The position numbers and the translations under genes are program-made. Of a stretch of DNA of 64,000 nucleotides, positions 1 to 11,799 are shown in pieces. Below the pieces are notes generated by a model. The model saw only the letters and a program-made list of their open reading frames with translations, searched no databases and was not told where the DNA came from. The first letter of the stretch is position 1; each line of letters begins with the position of its first letter. Origin of the DNA: Octopus vulgaris (taxonomy: Eukaryota); assembly GCA_951406725.2 (NCBI GenBank), contig OX597818.1, forward strand, positions 126,790,001 through 126,854,000, written 5' to 3'.

Positions 1-290
1 AAATCCAAACTTACAGGGAAAAATCAGATTTAGGATTAAATCCAATTTTATAGTAAAATATATTATATTATATTATATTAAATTAGAGATAAAACCACTA
101 TTAGGCAAATCAAACAATGAAAAACATAAGCCAATACATAAAATTAATTAATTAATATTATTTTAAATATATATCAAAAGTATTAAAAGTTTAATAAAAG
201 ATAAAGAGTAAAACACTACGATCGTTTCATGGCTGTACAATTCGTAATAATTCGAGTTATGGTTACAGTCAATCTTCAGGTTAATTGAAA
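1..290 (-). mobile_element. Penelope-like element (PLE) 3' end/pLTR fragment
   Basis: Carries a hammerhead motif at 214-281 and abuts (TA)n. Positions 81-145 resemble 61751-61815, the end of the GIY-YIG-encoding PLE. Confidence 0.6.
214..281 (-). ncRNA. Type I hammerhead ribozyme motif
   Basis: Minus strand reads ac-CTGAAGA-ttgactgta...tacagccat-GAAAC-gatc-GTA-gt. Core is canonical, stem III is palindromic (ACGATCGT), stem I is short. Confidence 0.65.
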
Positions 291-339
<49 letters not shown>

Positions 340-342
<3 letters not shown>

Positions 343-670
343 CTAAGCTAAGTTGAACAGTCTAAAGTCGTAAGACACCCGCTGTTTTTGTCCTGTTATT
401 ACTATTATTGTTTTTTGTACTTATATTCGTGTGGCATCGTCCGTTTTTCTGTCCTTGTTTCGTATACATTCGATCCCTTTTCCAAGAAATCTAATGCTCG
501 TAGCTTAGTTTTTCCTTGGGGCTGGCCGGATCGGAGCGATCTCAAGATTAATCAGCCGAAATTGCGGGGATGATCCGGTTCTTGACTGAATATTAGAGGC
601 TTCGAATGACCCGTCCGTTTTTTGTGTCGTCTATTTGAGTGTTTTGCGTTCTTGTCCCATTTTGTATTTT
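340..670. repeat. Unclassified ~330 bp interspersed element between microsatellite tracts
   Basis: Complex sequence sharply bounded by TA/CA microsatellites, with no coding signature. Confidence 0.3.
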
Positions 671-677
671 TATACAT

Positions 678-742
<65 letters not shown>

Positions 743-1445
743 TGTGTGTGTATGTGTGTGTCCACGTGTGTGTACGAAATGAACATGTGTAACACTCACG
801 AACTGAGCAATTTTTCTTGTTTCTCTCATCTATATTTACGAGAAACTGTGACTGGCGGTCGAAGAATCCCAGCGTCATATTGTATTTTGCGTACGAGTAC
901 CTTGATGTAAGATCATTAAAATAATGGCTTTATAATAATTTTGAAATTGTAATTCCTAATGAATCCTTCAACTTCAGAATATTTATTTCCTCCAGAATAT
1001 TTATTTTCTTCATGTAAACAACCTCCGTGTGACGTTTATGATATGATTACAACTCCAACTATTGCAATTTGTACAGCTTTATGTTGCTTTAAGTTGATTA
1101 CATTGTTTTGAAAAATAATTTTTCAAATATAATCCACAATGGATCCAGCTGAATTTATTGGATTTAGAAGAATTGCACTTTCTGTAATATTTGTCTTTTA
1201 CGTGCGAACGACCGCTGCCTGACGGTTATGTTATGATTAAGACTTCAACAAATAACTCTTGAACTAATAAATGAATAAATAAAATAAATAAAAATTATTT
1301 ACAGGTGTTTTTTTTGTGTTTTCATATCGTAGCCGAAGGATACTGCTTATACATACATAAAACATACATACATACAGCCACGCATACACCTATATATATG
1401 CATATGTGCGTTTGAGTTGTGTGTGTGTGTATAAATATACGCCTG

Positions 1446-1508
<63 letters not shown>

Positions 1509-1552
1509 GTCTGTCTGTATGTATATATATATATATATATATGTAAATACAA

Positions 1553-1587
<35 letters not shown>

Positions 1588-1591
1588 AGTA

Positions 1592-1629
<38 letters not shown>

Positions 1630-1727
1630 ACGGGAAGCTTTATGAAAATAAACAAAAGACGAAGGCAGGTGGAAAACAAACGAACAATTGTATTAGTATG
1701 GCGCTTAGGAAATATAAATAAAACAAG

Positions 1728-1765
1728 TCTTTAACGTTTCGAGCCTACGCTCTTCAACAGAAAGA
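1728..1765 (-). ncRNA. Minimal hammerhead ribozyme variant
   Basis: tcttt-CTGTTGA-a-gagc(gtag)gctc-GAAA-cg-TT-aaaga: 5-bp stem I, 4-bp stem II, palindromic AACGTT in place of stem III, A6U core change. Confidence 0.55.
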
Positions 1766-1935
1766 TACACAGAGAGAGAAAAACACAGAAAGAAGGAGAG
1801 AAAAAAATGCGTGCAGTAGCTAACGAATCAACATGGCGATCTGATTTTGGCCAGAGGTCAAAGATCAAACATGAGACGCGAGAGCGAAATAAGGGGAGTT
1901 AATAGGGTTGATAAAAGGGTTGAGGGACCAGCTAA

Positions 1936-2250
1936 TAGTGCGTAGGAGGGGTCTGGATGTGTGTATGTATAAGGTTGGTGTATGTATTAGTATGTATAAG
2001 GGTGGTGTGTGTGTGTGTGTGTGTGTGTGTATGAGAGAGTATTAGTGCGTAGGATTGGTCTGGACGTGCGTATGTATGGGGTTGGTGTATGTATTAGTAT
2101 GTATTAGTACGTATTGGTATGTATAAGTGTGTGTGTGTGTGTGTATGGGAGAGTATAAGTGCGTATGCGGGGTCTGGACGTGTGTATGTATAGGGTTGGT
2201 GCATGTATTAGTATGTACTAGTATGTATTAGTACGTATTAGTATGTATTA
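1936..2250. repeat. Three ~110 bp tandem units inside the PLE 3' region
   Basis: agtgcgta..gg.ggtctgga.gtg.gtatgtat..ggttggtg recurs near 1937, 2045 and 2158. Confidence 0.75.
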
Positions 2251-2678
2251 GTTGGTGTGTGTATTAGTATGGCACATCATATGTGATGTGATGTGTAAAG
2301 TCATGTGGTGTAGTGAGAAGAGGGGGAGGGGGAGAAGAGGGGGGAGAGAAGGGGAGGGGAAGAAGAGGGGGAAGAGAGGGGGAAGAGGAGAGGAGGGGGA
2401 GGGGGATGAAGGAGGAAAGAGGGAGAGGGGGAGAGAGGGAGTGAGGGAGCAGAGGGAAGGGGAAGAGGGAGGGAGAAAGAGGGAAGAAGGGAAGGGGAGT
2501 AGGGGTGAAAGGATGAAGGACTGAAGAAGTAGGGGTCGGGGGGAAAGTATAGGTGAGGAGGGGGGTTAGATGAGGAGGGGGGAGAGTTGAGACCAAATGG
2601 CGTATAAGAGCGAAGAGAGAAGAAAGTGAATCGACAGGCGAAAGGGCACTCAACATATTTATTGGGAGTTGCATGTTT

Positions 2679-2825
2679 AGATCAAAACAGTTTGATTCAG
2701 ACTCTTTGGTACTCTGGGTTTCAAGAGTGTTGTTAGTCTTCGGCCATTGGGGTCTGATAACCGAAGACTAGCCACACGCTTGAAACTTAGAGTACCAAGA
2801 AATCTGAAACAAACTGTTTTGATCT
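2679..2825. repeat. Imperfect inverted repeat, 65 bp arms, 17 nt loop
   Basis: Arms 2679-2743 and 2761-2825 are reverse complements with about 9 substitutions and no indels. Confidence 0.9.
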
Positions 2826-2837
2826 CTCTCTCTCTCC

Positions 2838-2929
<92 letters not shown>

Positions 2930-3267
2930 GCTTAGGAGCCCTTCTTGCTTGCTTTCATTGTCCTGTTTGTGTTACCAATTTTGACCCTCCGCAAAATCCC
3001 AAATTTTATTTAATTTGCTTTGCGGGAGTAACTGTTTTATCGAAAGCGTATATGGTTGTTAAATGCTCGAAATACGAGACTAGAGAAACAGCCAACAACT
3101 GATGAAGGTTTGTTCGTTATGTTGTTTTTTTTTTGTTTTCCATTTGTGTCTTTCGTTGTTAGAAAGAATAGTTCATATTCCATGCACTCGTGCTTTGTAT
3201 TTTTTTGTTGGACACATTTCGTGACGTTCTGTGCCCACATATGCATACTACATATATACATATATAT

Positions 3268-3459
3268 ATTGCTTCAACCATTTGACTGCGGCCATGCTGG
3301 AGCACTGCCTTTAGTCGAGCAAATCGCCCCCAGGACTTAATCTTTGTAAGCCTAGTACTTATTCTATCTATCACTTTTGCCGAACCGCTAAGTTACGGGG
3401 ACCTAAACACACCAGCATCAGTTGTCAAGCGATGCTGGAGGGACAAACACAGACACACA

Positions 3460-3510
<51 letters not shown>

Positions 3511-3620
3511 GATGGGCTTCTTTCAGTTTCCGTCTACCAAATCCACTTAAAATGCTTTGGTTGGCCTGAGGCTATAGTAGAAGACACTTGCCCAAGGTGC
3601 CATGTAGTGGGAATGAACGC
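3268..3620 (-). mobile_element. Octopus-type tRNA-derived SINE, family A (CORE/OR-like)
   Basis: Reverse complement of the copy at 30466-30872, with an internal TA microsatellite. Confidence 0.85.
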
Positions 3621-3883
3621 GTGTATATATATATATATACACGCGTGTGTCTCTGCTAATGAGTGTGTGTAGAGGGTATAAGTAAAACTACGCGATTAAA
3701 TCTATTCCATAGTTTCATGAATATAATTTACATAGGTACGAACAATCTCTTTCTACACCTGATATCATGTGAACTGTCCGCATGCACCACTTCAGATACA
3801 TGTGAGGAAGAATGGTTTGGTTTCTCAAATACTTACGCGCATACACGCACAAATGCGCGCGCATGCACATGCACTCACACATA

Positions 3884-4460
3884 CATCATCATCATCATTG
3901 TCCGACCGTGGTCAAGACAATGGAATTTACCATGCTACGCCAGACTTTACGGTCCATCATAGTATTACGGAGGTCCTGTTGCTGGATGCTTGTATCCCCG
4001 GAGATTACATCAGGGTAGGAGAGTGTGCGCCCTCTGGTATTGCGGGTAGATGGCTTCTAGAGGAGAAGAGTAGAAATTGCCTCGTTTTCAGCTCTACAAC
4101 AATGTCCAGCCTACAACAAAGACAGCCTGGACTGTCCTACCTTTCACAAGAGATGACACAGGTGGTAGTTTCCCATATATTTGCATTTTGGTTGGATGAC
4201 GCTTCCACGAGAGATTTTGAGCTCTCATAAGGAGGCGAGTGTAGGTTCCATCCAACCGCCTCTCAAGCTTCTTTGATAACGTCCAGGTTTCTGAGCCATA
4301 TAGTAGAATTGGTTCGACTGTGACTTTGAAGATTTCAAGTTTGAAGTCTCTACTTAGATTTGATGACCAGACCTTATGCATATCATTACAGGCTGACCTG
4401 TAGAAAATCTTTTCCAGATGATGATATGTATGACCCAAGATATTTGTAATCAGAAACCAT
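3884..4460 (-). mobile_element. RTE/RTEX-clade LINE 3' fragment
   Basis: ORF 4094-4438 contains FKVTVEPILLYGSETWTLSKKLERRLDGTYTRLLMRAQNLSW. A (GAT)n tail lies at 3884-3898. Confidence 0.85.
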
Positions 4461-4563
4461 ATTTAAGGGCACTCACACGCACACGCACACACACAATTTG
4501 GTTTTGCCTGATATAAGTATTTAGATAAAATGTTGATTCATTTTCTGCACTAAACGGGCTCAT

Positions 4564-5755
4564 TACGAGTCTGGACTGAAAAATTCACTGGAGGACCAAG
4601 CAGGAGTGATGCCAGAGCTGCGAAATCTTTCATACTATAAGTTCAATTCTTCTAATTAATAACAGTATTTCTTTCCAGGTAAACTGACATCTGACTGTTC
4701 AAAAAACACTTCAAAAGTAACTCGTAGCAACTTCCCTTGAAAGTGGGCAAAGTTTGGTATCGTGATGTTATCAAGTACGTAAAGAAAAGAGTTAGCACCT
4801 AACCATTTTCTTGCTGACATGGTTGCTACATTATGGGGAGACTCTCCCGCTTTATCAACAGTCGAAAAGAGGAGCAGCTGAATTTAGGGTTGGGTATAGT
4901 TGTGTCGTGAAGATCTCGCAGGGTTTGGGCGTCCTACAACTTCCATCACTGAGGAAAATATTGATTCTGTTCACCACATGCTGATGGATCACAAGCAATT
5001 GACTACATATCAAATAACCAATGCTATTGGCATATCTCATGAGAGAGTTGAGAATATTCTGCACAATGAACTTGGCTTGATGAAAGATTCTGCTTAGTGG
5101 GTGCCACGCCATCTGACACCTGATCAAATGCGCACAAGACTCACATGAGAAAATGTGGCATTGTTTGAGGCAGATCTAGCTAGTTTCCTTGAACGTTTCC
5201 TAATCCAGGATGAGTGTTGGCTTGATTACTTTGAATCAGAAACAAAGAGATAGTTCCTGTAGTTGAAACGCTCCACCTCACCCGCTCCAAAAGAAGGCCA
5301 AGGTCGTTTCATATGCAGGGATGGTGATGGCTTCAGACTTTTGGGATGAAAAGGCATTGTATTTATTGACTATCTTCAAAAGTTGGCATAGTACTCTCAA
5401 GGGAGAGTACTATACCAACTTGCAGTTACAAATAGCTATCAGGAAAATTGACGAAAGGAATCTTATTTTATCAGGACAATGCTCCAACACAAGTCCTTGG
5501 TTTCAATGGCTGATGTGTGTGAATGTGGCTTTGGACTGGTTGATCAACCTCCCTATTTTCCTGATTTGGCTGCATCTGACTATTATATGTTCCTCAACAT
5601 GAAAAAACACTTGGCATCGAACCAAAGCTTCTTCACCAATGGGATGTAAGCACTGCAATACCAATGGAAGAAATGTGTGGACCGCAAAGGATGCTATCTT
5701 GAAAAACAAACTCCACTTGTCCGCATTCCATGAGAGTATCATGGTCAGCCTAATT
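4564..5755 (+). mobile_element. Degenerate mariner transposon
   Basis: Fragments GRPTTSITEENIDSVH, WVPRHLTPDQ, VMASDFWD and PDLAASDYYMF, with many stops and frameshifts. Confidence 0.9.
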
Positions 5756-5789
5756 TCTAGGTTTTCTCAATTTCCCTGTAACATAATAA

Positions 5790-6100
5790 TTCTTTATTCT
5801 TTTACTTGTTTTAATCATTTAACAGCAGACATGCTGGAGCACTGCCTTGAAGGATTTTTTAGTCAACTAAATGGACCCAGGACTTAATTTTTAAGCCTAG
5901 TCCTTATTCTAGCAATCTGTTTTGCCAAATCGGTATGTTACGAGAACATAAATTCACCAACACCGGTTATCCAAATGGGGGACAAACACAGGTACACACA
6001 TGCATATTTGTACATGTACGACTTGCTTCCTTCGTTTTCCGTCTATTAAATCTACTCACAAGGTTTAAGTCGCTCCTAGGCTAAAATGGAAGACACAAAG
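5790..6100 (-). mobile_element. SINE family A, diverged
   Basis: Contains the motifs catgctggagcactgcc, gaccccaggactt and ttccgtctattaaatctactcacaagg. Confidence 0.7.
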
Positions 6101-6115
6101 ACACACACATATCTT

Positions 6116-6282
<167 letters not shown>

Positions 6283-6365
6283 GGTCCCGGGTTGATTCGG
6301 GGTTAACCACAGTAAATAAGGTACTCAATACATAGCAGAGTAAAATTAATTTATTATATAGAAGG

Positions 6366-6416
6366 AGCTTCTACAGGACTAGAACTGTTTCATTCAAGAG
6401 AAATCTTCAGGAAGCT
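6366..6416 (-). ncRNA. Type I hammerhead ribozyme, canonical core
   Basis: Exact reverse complement of 9450-9500. Confidence 0.8.
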
Positions 6417-7019
6417 AGTTAACAAGAATTGTATTGGCATTTATACATTTAGGCAGGTTTAAAGGGGTGTTGGTGGGGGACTTTTTGGGGGTAGGCATAG
6501 CGCAAAATATCATACTTGGGGGAGTGGTCAAGGAGTCAGTGTTAAATTAGATAGAAGAATAAATAAAAAAAAAAAAAAATAAAAATATATATATATATAA
6601 AAAAAAGGGGGAATAGAGTTTTAGGTAAATAAGGAGATTCTCACTAATACCTATGCACATATGTATACATATATACACACGCATACAAACATATATACAT
6701 ATACATACACACATACATACACACACATATATATATACATATATATACACTTACACATACATATACATATCTACACATACACATATATGTATACATACAC
6801 ACACTCACATGCATACACGTATACACACATGTATATATACACACACACGACCACACATACATATACACACAGAAAAATATATATACACATACACACACAT
6901 ATACTCACATACACGCATACACACACAAATCCACACACACACATGCACACACAGCACACTAGTCCCTATATACACATATATACACATACACACATATATA
7001 CACACACATACATATACAT

Positions 7020-7083
<64 letters not shown>

Positions 7084-7363
7084 GTGTACCTATGCATACC
7101 TACACATACACACATATATATATACACATACAAATACAGACCCATCCCCTAATTTTAATTTTATTATCTTCGTTTATTACTTTTGTTATCTTTGACCGCT
7201 TGGTCACAAACATCTTGGCTATGACAGCCAGTCCATTTATCTGTCTACTGGAAAACAAGCACTCATTCACTCACGCACACTCTTTAGCACGTACACTCAC
7301 TCATTCGTACACTCATACACATACACGCACGCACGCGTTATATTCATACATACATACATCTAC

Positions 7364-7395
<32 letters not shown>

Positions 7396-7436
7396 TTATG
7401 TATGTGTGTGTGTGTATATATATGTGTGTATATACG

Positions 7437-7503
<67 letters not shown>

Positions 7504-7908
7504 ATGTGTGTAAGTTTATATGTATGTATCCGTCTATATAATAGGTAACTGCACGTACATATACTTAATATTTATTATTTATTATTTATTTTTTGAGTAT
7601 GCATGTATGAATAACTGCGCGTATATATATTTTACTATTTACTTATTTTTTGAGTATGCATGTAAGTATGAATATAAGGAGGCGCGTGTGTGTGTGTGTA
7701 TGTGTAAGCATAGATATATGTATACTTTTACGCATGGGTGTACTTATGTGTATATATGGACGCGCGCATGTGTGTGTGTGTGTATGGGTACGCATGTACA
7801 TGTGTATGTGCGTGTATGAGTATATGAGTATGTATGTATGTGTGTGCGTATATTTGTATATGTATGTATGTATATGTATGTGTGTGTATGAATATATATG
7901 TATATATG

Positions 7909-7948
<40 letters not shown>

Positions 7949-8349
7949 GATATATATATGCGCGTATATATATGTATGTATGTGGGTGTGTGTATGTGTA
8001 TAAATGTATGTATGTATGGATGTATGGATGTATGTATGTATGTATACGTATGTATGTGTATGTGTGTATGTATATGTATGTATGTGTATGAGTGTATATA
8101 TGTGTATATGTGTGTATATGTGTATATGTGTGTATGTATGTATGTGTATGTATATATGTGTATATGTATGTGAATATATATATATATGTATATATATATT
8201 ATATATATATTTATAAAATAAATATATACTATATTATATATAATCCAAGATCAACCACGAAAAATATCCCATGAAAGCCGGTACGATGTATGTATTTGAT
8301 TATCTTATGTATGAATTAAATGTGTAACATTTGTGTAGCTATCTTGATA

Positions 8350-8392
<43 letters not shown>

Positions 8393-8794
8393 GTGTGTAT
8401 TTATGTAGGTGTACGTTATTGGTGTATTTATTGGTGTATATGTAGACTAGCCTTCTAAGAGTGTAGACATGAATCTGTAGGTACGCGTACGTATGTGTAT
8501 ATACGTGAATGTATGTAGATGTATGTATGTATCAATATAACGCGTGCGTGCGTGTATGTGTATGAGTGTACGAATGAGTGAGTGTACGTGCTAAAGAGTG
8601 TGCGTGAGTGAATGAGTGCTTGTTTTCCAGTAGACAGATAAATGGACTGACTGTCATAGCCAAGATGTTTGTGACCAAGCGGTCAAAGATAACAAAAGTA
8701 ATAAACGAAGATAATAAAATTAAAATTAGGGGATGGGTCTGTATTTGTATGTGTATATATATATGTGTGTATGTGTAGGTATGCATAGGTACAC

Positions 8795-8850
<56 letters not shown>

Positions 8851-9449
8851 ATGTATATGTATGTGTGTGTATATATGTGTGTATGTGTATATATGTGTAT
8901 ATAGGGACTAGTGTGCTGTGTGTGCATGTGTGTGTGTGGATTTGTGTGTGTATGCGTGTATGTGAGTATATGTGTGTGTATGTGTATATATATTTTTCTG
9001 TGTGTATATGTATGTGTGGTCGTGTGTGTGTATATATACATGTGTGTATACGTGTATGCATGTGAGTGTGTGTATGTATACATATATGTGTATGTGTAGA
9101 TATGTATATGTATGTGTAAGTGTATATATATGTATATATATATGTGTGTGTATGTATGTGTGTATGTATATGTATATATGTTTGTATGCGTGTGTATATA
9201 TGTATACATATGTGCATAGGTATAAGTGAGAATCTCCTTATTTACCTAAAACTCTATTCCCCCCTTTTTTATATATATATATTTTTATTTTTTAATTTTT
9301 TATTTATTCTTCTATCTAATTTAACACTGACTCCTTGACCACTCCCCCAAGTATGATATTTTGCGCTATGCCTACCCCCAAAAAGTCCCCCACCAACACC
9401 CCTTTAAACCTGCCTAAATGTATAAATGCCAATACAATTCTTGTTAACT

Positions 9450-9500
9450 AGCTTCCTGAAGATTTCTCTTGAATGAAACAGTTCTAGTCCTGTAGAAGCT
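9450..9500 (+). ncRNA. Type I hammerhead ribozyme, canonical core
   Basis: agcttc-CTGAAGA-tttc(tctt)gaat-GAAACAG-ttctagtc-CTGTA-gaagct: 6-bp stem I, 4-bp stem III, GUA cleavage triplet. Confidence 0.8.
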
Positions 9501-9510
9501 CCTTCTATAT

Positions 9511-9563
<53 letters not shown>

Positions 9564-9660
9564 TAACAATAAAGGGTGAAATTAATTAATTTGGAATAAT
9601 TATTAATTACACCAAGTAGATTTCGGCATGTAAAAGCCTCATTCGAGGAAAGTTTAAGTA

Positions 9661-9890
9661 ATACTAAGCAATTAAGGGTTTAGCAACGAATTGCCTCGCC
9701 ACACACCGAATTTAGAAAAAGCAGTCAAAGAGATATAGCTATTCCTTCTACTAAAAGGGAGATCTCAAGTGCTGTGTTTTTACTGAGATCTCCCTTTTAG
9801 TAGAAGGAATAGCTATATCTCTTTGACTGCTATTTCTAAATTCGGTGTGTGGCGAGGCAATTCGTTGCTAAACCCTTAATTGCTTAGTAT
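9661..9890. repeat. Near-perfect fold-back, 107 bp arms, 16 nt spacer
   Basis: 9661-9767 versus 9784-9890 shows one mismatch. It is part of an insert (9561-9890) between (TA)n tracts. Confidence 0.92.
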
Positions 9891-9911
9891 ATATATATAT
9901 ATATATATATA

Positions 9912-10072
9912 TGCGGACTTCATCCAGTTTCCGTCTGCCAAATCCACTCACAAGACTTTGGTTGGCCCATGACGATAGTACAATATATTTATCCAAAGTG
10001 CCACGCAGTGGGACTGAACCTGGAACCATGTAGTTGGGAAGCAAGCTTCTTACCACAAAGCCACGCCTGCGC
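9912..10072 (-). mobile_element. SINE family A, 5' half
   Basis: gtgccacgcagtgggactgaacctggaaccatg...cttaccacaaagccacgcctgcgc is the tRNA-like head, reversed. Confidence 0.85.
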
Positions 10073-10149
10073 TTATATAATAAATATTTTAACAATTTTG
10101 TATTTCTGCCTTTCGTGTAATCAATCACTAAGTAATCTTTGACATAGAA

Positions 10150-10540
10150 ATATCTTTTAATCTTTTGCCTATTACTGGTGTCAGTCGTGGTACTGGGGTC
10201 ATATTAGGGCACCACCTAAAAGATTTTAGTCAAACAAATTGACCCCAGTGCTTAATTTCTAATATGGCACTAATTCTATCGGTCTCTGTACTGAACTGCC
10301 AAGTTAAACTGTGTGTGTGTGTGTGGGGGGGGAACAAACACAGACGCAAAGACATACACATACACATATACACACACACGTATACGAGAGGCTTCCACAG
10401 TTATTGTCTACTGAATTTACTCGCAAAGCATCGGTCAGCACAGGTTTATTATATTAGAAGACACTCGCCCAAAAGTGTCGCGCAGTGAAACTGAACTTGA
10501 AACCACGTGACTGCCAAACGATCTTCTTATGTACAAATCA
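10150..10540 (-). mobile_element. SINE family A, diverged
   Basis: Degenerate matches to the family body and head. Confidence 0.6.
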
Positions 10541-11799
10541 ATGCCGAGAATAACCAAATCTTTTCTAACCATGGCTACCCAGTCTTCGTTTTTTTTCATC
10601 GTAATATTACACGTATTACATGATCTAATGCATTATATTTTTAAGACATTAAGTTTTACGTTTTGAGAGATTTCGTCATTTTTTCTAGCAGATTGAACGA
10701 CCACAGAGTTGCTCCTGTATTGGCTTGTATATGTTGATGTGCATATCACTTGTATAATGACTGAGATAATGAGCTTTTTGAATCGGCTTGGAAAATGGTC
10801 GAGTATTCCACAAATACCTATAGGCCCAATATTATTCCCAAGTGCAGTGAGCAAAGTCCAATTACGACAAAGCTGAGCCTACCTTTAAATTATATACACG
10901 GTCCTCTCGATGGGCTTCTTCACAGCTTCTGTCTACCCAAATTCATTCATATTTCATGAATGGACCCGAGGATATTGTAAATGCGCATGCCGAAAATACA
11001 CCGCCGTAGGATCCAAACTGGGAGCTCTTGGTTGGAAAGCTAACTTCATAACCACTCAGCCATGCTCGTAGCCACAATATGAACTAGTTGTGGAGAAGAC
11101 AATTCTGATGACCGATTTTTTTTTCGCGGCTGAAATAACTCCCGTTTAATTATATTGTTAATCCTCCTGTGGTTAATATGAACAATGCAAATTCTCAGTT
11201 CCCTTTCTGCATAGAATTTGCGATTTGCAATTTGTGATAATATTATTGATGCTCTCCCGCATTAATATTAATGATGATTTCTGCCCTGTAGAAGTTGTTC
11301 CGGTTGTTTACGTTCTGAGTTCAAATCCCACTGGAGTTAGCTTTGCCTTTTGTCCTTTCGGGGTTGATAAAATAAACTACCAATCAAACATTTATCGACT
11401 AAGCATTTTGCCTAAAAATTGTTGAGGCCCTGCTTGAATTGCGGACCATTACCACCACCACAACCACATCATCATCATCATCATCATCATCAACATCCCC
11501 CTCCTCCTCCCCTTCCTCCTCCTCCTCATCATCATCACCATCATCACCACCATCACCACCATCATCATCATCTCATTGCACCGTGTAGATATAAAATATT
11601 AGCTTTTACTGTTCTTTTTATATATTTACTATCAAAGCTTAATAAAAGACCTTAGACAAAACGTTCCTTTCTAAAAAAAAAACAGATGACCTGCTCCAGG
11701 GACAGGCAAAACTATGAGCGATTTCTTGTAACTGGTATCCTTTCGCTCTTGGCATTTTTTACTTTAATTCATCACGTTACAAAATCTTTTCTACAATGT

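Larger units (their letters stand above)
1630..2625 (-). mobile_element. 5'-truncated Penelope-like element (end of GIY-YIG ORF plus 3' region)
   Basis: Minus strand 2580-2620 translates FSLRSYTPFGLNSP, matching the PLE endonuclease C-terminal PxGLN motif. A pyrimidine tract, tandem repeats, a hammerhead variant and (TA)n follow. Confidence 0.65.

Noticed and set aside
3098-3170. CTGATGA box in a TA-flanked insert
   Set aside because: No properly placed stem II plus GAAA box or stem III follows it.
9612-9652. Hammerhead-like CGAATGA-ggc..gcc-GAAA on the minus strand
   Set aside because: The core deviates at U4 and G5, and no convincing stem I or III is present.
11419-11655. His/Pro-rich ORF
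   Set aside because: It is a (CAT)n/(CCT)n/(CAC)n trinucleotide microsatellite at a SINE tail.
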